Positions 39,775 to 54,848 of a stretch of 64,000 bases of DNA are shown here, piece by piece. Position 1 is the first letter of the stretch; each line of letters starts with the position of its first letter. Under the pieces are notes generated by a model. The model was not told where the DNA came from, searched no databases, and was given only the letters and a program-made list of their open reading frames with translations. Made by a program: the position numbers and the translations under genes. Source of the stretch: the human T2T-CHM13v2.0 reference genome, Homo sapiens; NCBI RefSeq assembly GCF_009914755.1, contig NC_060930.1; one strand, 5' to 3'.

Positions 39775-41440
39775 AGTTATTTTGAGGATATCAACAAACT
39801 GATTCTAAAGCTTATATAGAGAAGAAGAAGACCCAGAAAAGCCTACACAACACTGAAGGAGAACAAATATCATTGGTACCACCCGACTTTAATGCTTACT
39901 ATAATGTCACAGTAATAAAGTGTGATTATTAGTAAAAAAAAAAAAAAAAAAAAAAAGATAAGATAGACAATAAACAAATCAATGGAGATCCCAGAAATAG
40001 ATCCACACAAATACAGTCAACTGATCTTTGACAAAGAGGCAAAGGCAATAGAATGGAGAAATAATCATCTTTTCAAAAAATGATGCTGGAACAAATAGCC
40101 ATCCACATGCAAAAAATAGAATAAATCATTACAGTTTACATCCTTAACAAAAATCAACTAAAAATGCGCCATAAACTTCAATATAAAATGCAAAACTATA
40201 AAACATGGAGAAGATAACAAATAAGATCATCTAGATGACCTTGGGTTTGCTGGTGATTTTTTACATGTAACACCAAAGGCACAATCCATGAAAGAAATAA
40301 TTGATAGGCAGGGCTTCATTAAAATTAAAGACTTCTGCTCTGCAAAAGACACTCTCCAGAGAATGAAAAGCCGAGTCACAATCAGAGAGAAAATATTCAC
40401 AAAATATATATCTGATAAAGGAGTAGTATCCAAGATATACAAAGAAGTCTTGCAACTCAGAAACACATAAGTAAGGGACCCATTTTTAAATGGTCAAAAG
40501 AGTTAAGCAGACATCCTACCAAAGGAAAAATAAAGAAATAAATAAATACAGCTGGCAAGTAAGCATATTAAAAGATGCTCACCATCATATGTCATTATGG
40601 AATTCAGAAATAAAACAAAATTAGATAGTACTGCCCACCTAGTTGATGGCTAAAATTCAGAACACTGAAAACAGCCAATGTCAGTGAGAATGTGGAGCAA
40701 AAAGAACTCTCATTCCTTCCTGGTGGGAATGCAAAACGTTATGACCAGTTTGGAAGATAGTTTGGCAGTTTCTTACAAAACTAAGCAGATTTACCATGCA
40801 ATCCAGCAATCACACTTTATTCATATCTGGACAATACCTGGAAACAAGATGTCCATTAATGCATCAGCAGGTGAATGAACAAACTCTGGTTTATCCTTAC
40901 AATAGAATATTATGCAGCAATAAAAAGAATTATTGAGTCACCAATAGATATGAAGGAAATTTAAATACATATTGCTAAGTGAAAGTCTGTCTGTAAAGGC
41001 TATATACTTTCTGGCTCTAACTAAAAGATATTTGGAAAAAGCAAAACTATATATAGAAGCAGTGAAAGATCAGTGATTGCCACAGGTTCAGGGGAAGGAG
41101 GGAGAGATGAGTACGTGGAGTACAGGGTATGTTTAGGGTAGTGGTGCTCTTCTGCATGACGTTATAACGGTGGATACATGCCATTAGATATTTGTCAAAA
41201 CCTACAGAATGTACAACACAAAGAATGAAGCTTAATGGAAGCTATGGACTGTAGTTAATAATAACGTATCAATATTGCTTCACCAATTTAACAAATGTAA
41301 CACACAAATGCAAGATGTGTTAATAACAGAGGAAAGTGTATGTGTGTGTTGGGGGAGAAATAGGGAAAATCTTTGTGCAACTTTTCTGTATGTACAATTT
41401 GTCTGTAATCCTAAAATTACAGACAAAAGTTAGTTTATGA
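39775..41440 (+). mobile_element. L1MC (L1MC2/3-like) 3' portion
   Basis: ORF2 end (GFIKIKDFCSAKDT) and MC-type 3'UTR (ggtggatacatgcc...tttgtcaaaacctacagaatgtacaacaca, ctatggact..agttaataata). Confidence 0.88.
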
Positions 41441-41947
41441 ATTTTAATAAACAGTTTGGAATATTTTTCGAAATCTTTATTTTTCACTTGCCATACTGAA
41501 AGTTACCTGGCATGGTTCTTTTCAGCCTTGTAAGCAATCAAAATATTTCCACAATCTAATTCAATCAAGCTTGGTATTTTACTGTTTGAAAATCTTAGCA
41601 TTATTTACAGATTTAAGGTATTTCTATTCCTTCTTTTTAAAATAATAATTAAATTGTTTAATGAAAGCATTTCTGACTGTAAACGTTTAAATGCTACAAA
41701 TTTACATTTCTCTGTTCATAAAAGAACTTATTTTTGGTTTCTTATCTTTAAGACAATGCCACATTCATGATAAAAATATACTTCACCAATTTTGAAATAG
41801 TTCTAGTAGATAACTATTAAAGATCATTAAAAACTCTTGAGTGGATGCATTCAGTTCTCTAAATCTAGAGTGCAGCATATCATAAAGTGTCTCCTATCCC
41901 TATCTTATCATTTTAGATTTTTTTCTCCAAAGTAGTGCTCACTATCA

Positions 41948-42319
<372 letters not shown>

Positions 42320-43264
42320 CTAAATCATCTCTCCCAATTCCCCAGCCCATCAGCCCCATAGGAACAGATGTACTTGGAAGTGCCACAGCAGAGGAAAACC
42401 ACCAGGTAAATAAATATTTGGGAGGTGACTGATTGAATAAATTAACTTATCTAGATTTGGTTTGTCAAGGACATTCGGAAAATTAGGTAGAATTTAGCTC
42501 CATGAATGTTGAGAAAGTTGAGTTTTGAGAGCCCTAACATGGCCAATTCATTTTACAGAGGTGGAAAATGGGGCTGACAGATGTTAACTCACCTTGTCCA
42601 AAGTCTTAGTAATGGAATCAGGAAAAAATTCAATCACTTGACTTTTAACCAATAATCTTTTTTACTACAAGAGTTAATTTGCTAATGAAATCTCCTCAGT
42701 ATTTTCTCAAAACAGAACAAAACCATGAGTTAAGTATTCCTTTTTCTTTGCTATAACTAAATATACCTTTTAAAATTAAAAAAAAAAAAACATAAACATG
42801 GTTATAAGTGATCTTATTTCCTGCATTTGAGGCAGCTAAACCAGTATTTCCCAAAATGTCTTAATACCCACTTCTTGATCTGCTGCAAGGAAAAATATTG
42901 TTCAGTGGTCAAATACGTTCAAGAATCATGATTATTATATAGAGAATAGACGTTTGCCTCTTAATGGAATTGGAAAATTCCTACAGTAAAGATACATGTT
43001 TAGTTAAGGGTTGGCTAAACTACTTCACTGTGGCATCCTCTCTTCAAAGAACCCATCAATATTCTACAGAACAAATATGCCATACAACACATTTTTATCC
43101 GAAAATCTTTTATAATTGGCTTATATTATTGTTTTATTCTTCAAAATGTTTTCTAAACTGTCTCAGTTCTCGTCCCATGTCATACAATATTTTATAATTT
43201 TTCAAATTCTCACTTTTATGTTCTCACTTACTAAAATACGGCAAAATATAATTTATATATACAT

Positions 43265-43316
43265 ATGTGTGTGTGTGTGGGTGGGTGTGGGTGTGGGTGC
43301 GGGTGTGGGTGTGTGG
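43265..43316 (+). repeat. (TG)n/(GGGTGT)n simple repeat
   Basis: Direct reading. Confidence 0.85.
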
Positions 43317-44431
43317 TACCTGGAACACAATAAGTGGAAAAATTTGTTTCCTCTGTCTTATCGCACCCCTTTAAAAATAACACAAACAGAAAGTGTTCTT
43401 TCTAATAGTGCAACTTACGGTCCATTTATTTTTTAATATTTGTTATTTAATCCATGGCACTCACTTTTTTGAACTGCAGTAAGGTGTTCTTCAACAATTC
43501 CTAATTTTTCTGTGAATCGTTTACTTGGACAATGCCACATTCACATATACATCCCCTAACATTTGCATTTATTCAGTTTCCTTTTAAAATAAGTGCTAAA
43601 CAAATTAATGGATTTTGAAGGAGAAAGGCTTTCCTTTCAAAAGAATGGTAACCTTTATGTAGTTGTTTTTAGATATTTCCTATAAAACCTGTCTACTCTC
43701 GATACAGTCAGACATCTTTTCTTCTTTTTTAAATATTAAAAATAAGCACATAAAATAAGTCATTTGTTCTTTAAAAAACAAACAAAAAAACCAAAAAACA
43801 AAAAACCTACAAACACAAAATCATGTAAACCAGAAATCTTTCACAGAGGTCAAGAAGTCAAAAGTAAACACCGACAATGAAACACCGACAATGGTAAGAT
43901 CCTTGTGAGGCTCTCGCTCCACCTTTCTCATTACTTCTATGTTTCCGTGGCACACCACGGGCCAGTGCTTACTAAGACCTCTGCTTAGCGATGGAGTTAG
44001 TGGGTCTGCACCTCTGATTGTGCTGGGCATGAGACATACTGATTAAAAATGGTAAAAGGATAAAGGAACTGGCCTTTGAGAGACAACATGGATGAATGAT
44101 GAGTTTTTGAATTAAATTTTTGACAGCTTTGATCTTTACTGAAAATTTAAATGAAAAACAAAACAAAGCAAAACAGAGTTCCAGGATTTTAGAAGTGCCT
44201 TTTATCTTAAGTGAAATGTTCTCATCAGAAACTTTGGCATCCCATCCAGTGCCTTTGATGCTGGCTGTGAAACAAGACAATCCATCTTCTTAGCTGGGAA
44301 GACAGGCCCTTCACCACCCAGGAAACCATAACTTGTAAACATCAGTCAAGTTCAGATGGCTACATTTTTACTTCAGAAGTTCGCTTTGCATTTGGAGTGG
44401 CTCATTAGGGGAAAAGAGAGAGAGAGAGAAA

Positions 44432-44789
44432 GGGTTATGGACCAAAGTGTGTTTCTCAAAAAATTCATATGTTGAACCCCTAACCCCCAATGTGATCGTA
44501 TTTGGAGGTAGGGCCTTTCGAAGGTGATTAGGGTTAGATGAGGTCACGAGGATGAGGTCACAAGCCAGGATTGGAAAGCTTGATAAGATGAAAAAAAAAG
44601 AGTGAGCTTTCTACTCTGTGTGAGAACACAGCAAGAAGGCATCTCTCTGCAGGCCAGGAAGAGAGGCCTCACCAGCAATCACCTTGATCTTGAACGTTCC
44701 AGCCTCCAGAACTCAGAGAACTAAACATGTGCGTTTAAGTGCCCAGTCTATGAGACTTTCTTTTATAGTAGCTGGAGCAGACTAATACC
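44432..44789 (+). mobile_element. MLT1A-like MaLR solo LTR
   Basis: aaattcatatgttgaacccctaacccccaatgtga...cagcctccagaact...agcagactaatac. Confidence 0.88.
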
Positions 44790-46032
44790 GACAGACCAAG
44801 AGAGAGAAAATGGAGAGAAATTTTCTGGCTTGTCTTTTAATTATTCTTTATTTATAAAAAAAGCCACATTGATTTTTGCAGCAGTGATGCAAGTGTGCTG
44901 TGCATAGGTTTGATGTTCTGCTCAAATTAAGTCTAAGTTTTTCCACTAAAGGAATTATAGTGTTAATATGCCAAGAGTCCTATCTGCTCACGTACTTCCA
45001 GTCTCTGTAAATACGTGCAGCCTGATATCAAAGCAAACCTTGAGGCCATTAACTATAACATTCTTGGAGAAACAGCTGAAGACCTACTAAGAAAAAAGTA
45101 CCAAATAACCAAAGCTGGCAATTACAATTCCACCCCGAAAAGAAGGAAGGCATGCATATGAATTATGAAAAATAGGGACTGTGCAGCTCTCAGATTTTCA
45201 ACAATGAATTGCTCACATTCTACACCGTGTGTGTTAAATGTTTAAAAGTAAAAGATCCCAAACATTTTGCCAAATATGCAGTGTTCCAAAGGGAAGTATC
45301 AAAAGGATACTCATTTATAAAATTATGGTTCAGTAGATAAATTATAAGGCCTCAAAGAACATGCTGTTACTTCTACTTGCCAATTTATAAATTGACTCAA
45401 GTCTTCATTTAATTTATGAAAAATCAAATCATCTCAAGAATGTTTTCGTTATTTTTCTCTACCATGTAAAATATATGTTTTGTATGTTTGATAAGTTGTA
45501 TCCTGTCAATTTTAGAATTTAGCTATTTGGAACATATAAACCACATTTCTACAACTCAAAATAGTATAATGCTTAGTTACCTATCTTTAAAAAAGTAATA
45601 GTAATGCACTGAGATATTTGGGGGTGGGAGGTGGCGGACACAAGTTTAACTTTCAAAAATAAGGGCCGTGTAAAATAACTGAAAAATAATCCTATTTGAA
45701 TTAAAATTGAATAATATTAAAAATAAATTTCTACTGAAAATTACACCTGTTTCTCTATTTTATTTTTCTTCCTTTTAGGATAGCAGAAAATTCTGTTAGA
45801 TAAATCAGACTAACATGGGAGACATTGTAAATATTAAGAAACAATAGTAGGAAGAGGCGGACTCACATTCATCTTGCTCTTTCTGCTATTCCCTTCCAAA
45901 ACCAACTGTGAACAAGCACTCAGGGTGGCCAGGGTACGTGAGGAAGCCTCCTCTAGCCCAGAAAAAAACTTTATTTCACAAAAAGTTATCCTTCACAATA
46001 AAAAACACTATTCTATAAAAATTGTTTCCCCT

Positions 46033-46424
<392 letters not shown>

Positions 46425-46931
46425 TTAGTGTTCTGCAGAGGCAATTCAAAGTACATTGTCCAAAGCCCCTCTTTGAAAATCTTTTGATGCTGCTGTAATT
46501 CAATTTGGTTTCTATGTTGAATCTGAAGTTCTGTGTTACTACTAACCCCCTTTCTGTAGGAAAAAAATGTATTTTTCTATACAAACCCATATGCCATCGA
46601 GGTACCTGTATTTAATATACCTCCATTTAGTAGCTAATAAATATGTCTATTTGAAAACTATTTATTCTTCCATACTTAATCATAGTGAACTATAAATCCA
46701 AACTTGACAGCACAAGAAAAGTGACATTTTTCTTCTTTCATTTCTATGCTACTTTTTCCAAATTATTTCTTGTTCTTTTTAAAAATGAAGCAAAGACATC
46801 ATCATTGTTCACTATTATGCCTTCAGTTAACAAAAACCTTTTAAAAAGATTATTTGAAATGCATATGTAATATGCATGACTACGTTAACAGGATTATATG
46901 CTATTAGATATTGTGATATAAAATTACAACT

Positions 46932-47344
46932 CACTGGGAGATACAGTCCTCTTTGGGCCTCTCTCCCTTCTATACATCTTGCTGGACTTGCCAAGATCAA
47001 AAGGTCCTGCCCGCTTTTAACAGACTATTACTCAGGGTTGCTTATGCAACTGGTAACCTAAAGAGATAAGGCAAGGTCTTCCCCTAGACAAAAGGCTTGC
47101 ATGCGGCTTGCTATAACAGTAGTCCCAGCTCAGTATTCACCGGCTGTGATGCAAATCCACCCATGAGTAAGTTCCCTCTGAGCCAATTGCTTCATTCCCT
47201 GCACACAAGCTGCTGCACTGCTGAGCACTGTGTAATAAAGCCCTTTGCCTTTGGCCCCAAGACTCACGTCTTCCACCAGCAGCCTGATACAGTAGCAGGC
47301 TCACTGATTTGTAAGAGGGGTAAAATCAAACCCCAGACTTGATA
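46932..47344 (+). mobile_element. LTR40-like ERVL solo LTR
   Basis: tgggagatacagtcctc...gagataagg...gtaataaagccc...gtaagaggggtaaaatc...cttgata. Confidence 0.65.
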
Positions 47345-48279
47345 ATACCATCTACACAGACATTCACTGGTATGATTCAAGAATATAAATAACTGGTATT
47401 CAATGTATCCAAAAACAATCATGATGAATATTTCACCAATGCATTGCTCTTTAAAATAATACCCAAATAATTATCTGTACTGTTTCCATACCTTGACCTT
47501 TCAACTGGACTTTTCCTTAATTTGAGCTTTTTTGAGTTGTCATCAGTGTCGTGGAGACTTGCGCCTTCCAATTACACAGTGGTGTTCAAACAGAAGAAAT
47601 TCCAAACTTTTCTTCCTTTTGACTATAACTACCCTGGGAGTAAAATGTCCCCCAAATAAAAACATAAAATAAATAAAATAAAAGAAAGAAAGAAAGTATC
47701 TACTTGGCAAGTGGGAGGTCAGAAGAAAAGGGGCTTCAAACATCAAAGAAGGTTCTCAAAATACTCTTTCAAATGAAGAAAGCCCCACGCTCGGTGCCTT
47801 ATCTTGCAAGCTCACATGGCCAGACAGCAACCTTTAAAGGATTATCTTAACATGCGGCGAGCTGGGCCCTCTCATGTGTTCTGAAATTTAAACCAGAAAA
47901 TGGCTGCACAACTGACATGGTTGTGGGGTGTGAAGGGGAATCAGGAAGAGGGAGGAGAGGCTTACATTTCCAGAATGAGCCAGAGTTCAGATAAAGATAT
48001 TTGTGTAAAAAACAAAGCAACCAGGAATATGATCCTGGGCTGTCAATTTGTAGAATACAATCTAATACTTATACGCCATAGGTAGTCACAGAAGTTATAA
48101 GAAACTACAAGCCCTAAGGCATTTTTTAGAATAGAAATCTCTCTTCTCCCTCTCTCTCTCTCTCTCTTTTTTTTTTTTTTTTGCCAATATGTAGTGTGGG
48201 ATTTTCTTTGGCTAAAAACTGTTCCAATTTCCCTGTTTTCTAAATATACTTTACTAAGCATTTTTTTTTACAATCAGGA

Positions 48280-49440
48280 GTATTGTAACCTTTGTATATT
48301 TTATCAATAATAAAATAAATCCATAATTTAAAAAAATCACACAAAAGTGTATAAAGTAAAAAGTCAAAGTCCCACATCCCCACCTCTGAATTTCACCTTT
48401 ATCTGTGTGTATATGTATATTTTGATATTGTATTTTGTAAGTGTATTGTTCTGTAATGTGCTTTTTCATTTAATAGCATGATTCACATTCTTCCATGTCA
48501 GTAAATACAGAGCTTTCTATTTTTTTCATGTCTAGACAGTACTTTACAAGATGATTATATTCAGTAATGTATTTAACCATTCCCCTACTGATGAATGTTG
48601 AAATATTTTCCCCTAATTTTTTACTGTTTCAAAATCAAAAATATGTACATCAACTTCAAGCTTTTTACTATAGCCCGTGGACTCTTACGTGATTTACTAC
48701 CTGTCTTTGTCTTCCTCTGGAACTTCTTATACCAAATCTTTGTGCCCCTGGCCTTTCTTCCATGCCTGGGCTAAGCCAACCTTGTCTCTGCATCTCTGTG
48801 GAATGTCCTGTCCCAAGGTATTGGCGTGGTGGTTCCTGCTGTCTCATCACTCGCTCCAAGGTTACTTCCTTGGTGAGGTCTTTCTAGAGCTCCTGTTCTA
48901 CACAATCTAATTTATCCTTAGTCAATATCTTTTATACCTTCTCGGTTTATTTTCTGTACAGCACCCATCACCCTCTGGAATAATCTTGTTCATGTATTTC
49001 TTACTGTTTACTGTTTTCATGTAAGATTTTTCTCTGGTATGCTCTAATGTGTCCTTTATTAGAACAATGTCTGCCACATCATAGGCTCTCAATAAACGTC
49101 CACTGAGAAGATGCATAATGGAAGTATACTTCAACTTGGATTGTAGCACATTTACACAAATATTTCCATTAGAGAGATGCCTCGAAGTAAAATTACTGCC
49201 CAAAGATTTGTACACACAAAATATTGATGGGTACTTGCCATGGGTACTGCAAAAAAGCTTTAATGGCAATTTATATTGTCACCAATATTATGGCAACGGC
49301 CCTTTTCCCACAAATGCAGTTTTATAATGCCAATTTGACAGGTTATAATAATTTTTTTGTAAATTAAAAATCACCTTGTTCTAAAGAATCTTTTTACATT
49401 TATCACATTTGTGTTTTATCTCCAAATTAATCATTGTTGA
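48280..49440 (-). mobile_element. L1ME-like fragments
   Basis: ttccatgtcagtaaatacagagct, tttaaccattcccctactgatg. Confidence 0.55.
48720..49105 (+). mobile_element. L2 3' fragment
   Basis: ggttacttccttggtgaggtctttct...tagaacaatgtctgccacatcataggctctcaataaa. Confidence 0.6.
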
Positions 49441-49810
49441 AAATCTTTTTTATTCTTTTATCTTTTGGGATTACAGAATGTCATTCTAGTTTTCTTCCAT
49501 TATTATACAAGATTGAAAGGATTTTGGTTGGCTTTCTTAGATCTTATATCCAAATGGGATTTATTATTATATGTGGCATAATAAGAACTATTATTCTTTT
49601 AAAATGTATTAATTGTCTTTTGCTTATTAAAAAATAGTCATGGTGGACATTTCTTTAAATTTTCAAAAATAAACACAGAAAAGAAAATAAAAATCACCCC
49701 AATAGAAACTTGCCTGATTTCTTTCCACTGCATTCCCTGTAAAGGTGTGTTAATAGAAATGTTTCTTTGATCATACCTATAAAGTGGTGTTTATAAAAAT
49801 GTTTATTCCC

Positions 49811-50111
<301 letters not shown>

Positions 50112-50163
50112 AAAATGTTTATTCCCTTATACAACATTCCCTCATACTCTTTTGTATACAGTT

Positions 50164-50541
50164 TGATATGGTTTGGCTGTGTCCCTACCCAAATCTCATC
50201 TCGAATTGTAGTTCCCATAATCCCCATGTGTTACGGGAGGGACCCGGTGGGAGGTAGTTGAATCCTGAGGCCAGTTACCCCCATGCCTGCTGTTCTCATG
50301 ATGTGAATGAGTTCTCAGGGGAGCTGATGGTTTTATCAGGGACTTTTTCCCCTTTTGCTCGGCAGTTCTCCTTGCTGCCATCATGTGATGAAGGACATGT
50401 TTGCTTCCCCTTCCACCATGATTGTAAGTTCACTGAGGCCTCTCCAGCCATGCAGAACTGTGAGTCAATTAAACCTCTTTCCTTTATTAATTACACAGTT
50501 TTGGGCAGTCCTTTAGAGCAGTGTGAGGACAGGCTAATACA
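50164..50541 (+). mobile_element. THE1D-like MaLR solo LTR
   Basis: TGATATGGTTTGGCTG...CTAATACA; TSD CAGTT / CTGTT. Confidence 0.93.
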
Positions 50542-50879
50542 CTGTTTTTTCGCTTATGCTATGAACATTTTCTTTTGAAAATGTGATTTTTAATAATGGT
50601 ACAGTATCTTAATGTGTATGTGTATTGTAATTTGTATGAGTGTATTTTAATGGTTCCTATTGTTCTACAAGTAATTCCTTTTTCTGTTATTAAAAATTAA
50701 CCCACCAATGAAAACCCATGCTCATAAAATCTCCAGGACCATCTCTGATTTCATTCACAGGATAGATTCCTAAATGTGGACTCAATAAGAAAAGGAGTAT
50801 AAATTATTTCACAGCTCTTTTCAGGCCTTTTACAGGCAGGTTGTGTGTACTATTTAAAGTACTATTAATCCCACCACAT

Positions 50880-51420
50880 ACAAGATGTATTAGGTACTTC
50901 TTAAGAGTGCACTGAATATAAGAAATCTGTTACAAAATGTTAGCAGAGCAGAAAGAGAAAAAAAGAAAGAAAAAAGGGATAGAATGAGATTAGATCACCT
51001 GGTAAACTGTAGGAAACAGCTACTGCCCCCAGGACTCAGGAAACTCAAGAAAGTACTTTATCAGAACTTCTGAGTGCTGAGTGCATGCCAGGACCCCTGA
51101 GGATGGGCCGACTGAGTGGGTAGAAACCACCAAGGCACTGCCTCCCAGTCACGGAGGAGTGGCATGGAGAAGGGATCACAGACACTTCCAGAAGCAGGAG
51201 AGAGGGAAGGGTAGAAAAGAGAAAATGACAGCGCCTTTCCCCTGACCTGCCTTTGGATCCACTGAGCAGATGTCACAGGAACTCGCTGGCAAGGGCATCT
51301 GGGAAATACAGTTTCCTCCCGAGCCAAGCATTGCGGAGCAGCACAAAGGGCGTGGCTGGGGAAGGGTTGGGAGAACAGGGAATCACTCTCACACCCAAGA
51401 GTGCATGGAGCATATCTGGG
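50880..51420. mobile_element. Possible ancient LTR (family unresolved)
   Basis: Composition and motifs (ataagaaatctgttaca, gctggcaagggcatctgggaaatacagtttc) resemble old ERV LTRs; not confidently matched. Confidence 0.35.
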
Positions 51421-53529
51421 TGTCTACACAGGTAAGAGAGTGAGGGGTCAAAACCGGGCTTCTTATGACTCTAAAATGTATTTTTAGAGCAGTTACCAGG
51501 AGAGCTGACATTGTTGAATCTACCTGAGAAGCCAGAAGCCAGACTCTTTGTATTACTACAGAATGTGATTCCATGCTGTTGCCAAATGCCAGGAATTTCT
51601 ACATCGACTGCCATCAGGACATGGAAGTCTCATTGTTTCTTAAAACGCAACTATTCTTGAAGACATGGAAGGTCATCCTTCTTACATCCTTACATCCTTC
51701 TTTCTGTGGCCCTCCTAGGCTTGTCACGAGTCAGCACGAATCCCAAAGGTACCAGCAGCACAGAAGCTCACACTCTGTCATCAGAGCTGGGTTGGCAGTG
51801 ACAGAAATGCTTATGCAAACACAGGCTGACTTCTCACTGAATGTATAGAACATCTAGGAAAGAAAGGCAAAGGATTTAGGCCAAAGCAATACCTCAATGC
51901 AGACAACTAACTAGTGGCAGCTAGCTAGTCACCTGCTCTCAACTCTTCAACGTCCTTCAAATATTTTCTCTAATTGATATAGCATAATTTGTGATGCCAA
52001 CAACCAAGTGTTTTTTCACAATTACAGAGAGCCAAACCTGTGTCTCTGCTGCTCCCTTAGGCTACTTATAATATTGGCCTAGTTCTCTTAGCTGTCAGCA
52101 CAATTACCTTGTGATTAAAAAGATAACATCAATAGGAATTTCTTTTTTATCAGCTAAGCCATGGTTACATGTTGCATGGACACTAGCACTCATTACCCCA
52201 TCCATATTTTGGTGAGATTTTTGCCCATTTCCTTCGTTTTCACAGAAAATGAAATAAAGCATAAGCTTGTTGGTTGCAAAGGTGACATATAGTAAGTCAA
52301 ATAAACCCATAATGAAGTTCCCTTATACTTCAGGTTAGCTTCAAAATCCCACTCAAATATGTATCCAAAAAGAAATAAAACAGGAAACTTTCTGGAATAA
52401 GTTCTTTTGTTGCTATTTTTATATTGAATTGGCAAATGTCATTTCACTGTCTGAGGTCAAGGGAACACAAGGGAACAGGCAGTTCTCGAAACAGAAAAGT
52501 TGGAGGTGCTGTGCCGTCTCTAGCTAAGAAAACTCTAGTTCTATGAAATATCATTCCACCTGAGAAAATTTTCACATGATTAAAAGATAACAGTGCCATA
52601 AATCTACCCTTGAACATCAGGTGTGACTCTTACTATACTACCCAATGTCTTTTAAAAAATATTTAGATCATTAGCCAATTTGTGTGGGTGATACAATTGT
52701 ACACATTCCACAAAAATATCAGCCATTTGTCTAGTTCAGCATCTGGTAATGTCAATTAAGGGTTTTATTTACTCACAAAGAGAAAAAAGTAAAGATATTA
52801 GTTTCAAATTAAGTCCAACAGTCTATTGAGTACGTAGTTTAAATGTATTTCAGCTCTTCATCCTCCCCAGGGCAGAGATCACTGGCAGAAATTAGCATCC
52901 ACGGATAGGAACCAACAACAGGGTAGCTGATGATGTTTAGGTGAACTCCCCTCTTTATAATAACAGAAATAACCCCTTTTCCCCTACAAAGCCCGTCTAC
53001 ATTTTGCATAGCACTAAGGATGGCAGACCTAGGAGCTGAGTTAGCCAACCCTGAAGGTATCCTGCCTCAAGACTTGTGGCTATTTGGAAAAATAAGCATC
53101 CTCGTCATGGGGTCAGTGGAATCGGGGCAGTTTGCTGGAGTGAAAGCCCCCAATTAGGTCACCCTGTACTTGTCATCAAGAATGAGTACACATGGCCTCT
53201 CTATCATCAAGTGGCCACCTACGCTTTTTGAGTGGTAATTCTTGAAATATGGTTTTCTCTATGAAGAAAGCTTTTCTCTCCATAGAAAAAGCTTAACAGC
53301 AAATTTCACTGTAGTCGAAATGTTTCACCTTTCTTTCCTTTTTGATGTGATCGTCAGCTCTTGACTGCATCTCGTTTTCTCATGCCTGCTTTCTTTCTGC
53401 TGTCAGTCACAATCCTTTGTGACAAGGTGGGATCACCTGGCAGATGATTTGGATGTTGCCTCTCATGGAGATATATCTCATTGACCCTTTCGAATTCAGA
53501 GATTTTTTTTTAATATAGAAAAAAAGGCA

Positions 53530-53730
53530 TAGCATTTTAACATCACTAACTAAGGCAAAAGATAAGGACACTGGACTGAAAAACCAAGGATGTTGTATAA
53601 ATATTCGTCCTTGTGTCACTATTTTATTGGCTTGAGGTATCCAGGAAACAACTTCATTTCCCCAAATTACATTTTATTACCAAACAAAAGATGAAAAAAG
53701 TACTACTTATCCCATTAAACTAGCATAATG
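53530..53730 (+). mobile_element. MIR fragment
   Basis: ggacactggactgaaaaaccaagga...tgtgtcact...acttcatttc. Confidence 0.45.
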
Positions 53731-54624
53731 GTTACTTTAATTGGAGGGGTGGGAGAGAAAGAAAGGTGAATCTACTTAGATTTCTTGGAGAAATGAACTT
53801 ACAAAAATGGAAGCTGGTGGCAAAGCCAAAGTGAAATTCACGTTTACTTATTCCATGCAATATTTCTCTGTCCAACCTATGTAAAGCACTACAAATGAAT
53901 ACAGTCATAGCAACTAATTGAGTTATCAGCATCTCCAGAGTAGATGTTACTAGTATGTCCTGGCATATGAATGGTAGTATTATGTGGGATATTAGTAGTT
54001 CACTAAGAGTCCTATAGGACTTCTTGTGTCTGGAAAAAGAGTTTAGTGAGTGATACTGAAAAACCAACAGCTTGGCTCACGGGCATCATTGAACAAATGG
54101 TACTGAGCATGGAACGCAGCTACTCAGAACTTATGAGCCAAATGGGTGTTTTCCGTACATGGCTTCTTGTCCAGAATGCTACTGCTATTAGCCCAATGGC
54201 CATCACTGGTTATCAAACATCCTGACCCAAGTCAAAGCCAGACGAAGACAGAAGGCCATCGTGGGAAGGTGAAGCGATTCATGCTTAGGGCAAGATAATT
54301 ATTTGGTATCCTTTCAATCCATTTGTTCAACATTTGCTCCCAGGAGAGGCGGGATGCTTCCTGGGGACAGATTAGAGAAGAAGGGACACTGCTAAGTGCT
54401 CATGTATTATTTCAAGCAGTTCACTCTGGGCCCCGACCCAAATCCTCAGGCAACAAAGCAGCACCCTGCAGGTAATAGGAACTGTCTTCTTTAGAAAGCA
54501 GTGTGGTGACCAGGTGTTGCTAATCATCAGAGTCTCTTGGTGACTCACAGCCGCCCTCATGCAGCTTTGCGAGTTCTGACTGCCAACACACACAGGACTC
54601 TTCCTAAGTATTATTTCAGCTGAA

Positions 54625-54848
54625 TTCTGGGATGTGAACATCAGACTTTCAAACCCGGCTTTCTCACTTTCTACTGGGGTGACCCTAAATACAAGTTATT
54701 TCATTTCTCTGGACTCAGTTTCCTCATTTATAAACATGAGAATAACATTATCTACTCCACTGGTTGCTGTGAGGACCAAATAAAATAACACAATTAAGGT
54801 GTTATCTGGTATATAATAACCATTCGATAAAACTTAGCGATTATTATT
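54625..54848 (+). mobile_element. MIR
   Basis: ctcagtttcctcatttataaa...gttgctgtgagga...ttagcgattattatt. Confidence 0.8.

Noticed and set aside
44497-44561. Repeated AGGTCA nuclear-receptor half-sites in MLT1A
   Set aside because: One half-site is native to the LTR and the second comes from a short local duplication with non-canonical spacing; no other support.
54306-54314. Perfect U12-type donor GTATCCTTT
   Set aside because: A 9-mer is expected about once by chance in this window, reverse-strand copies also occur (near 4402 and 45302), and it lies downstream of the U12-like acceptors.
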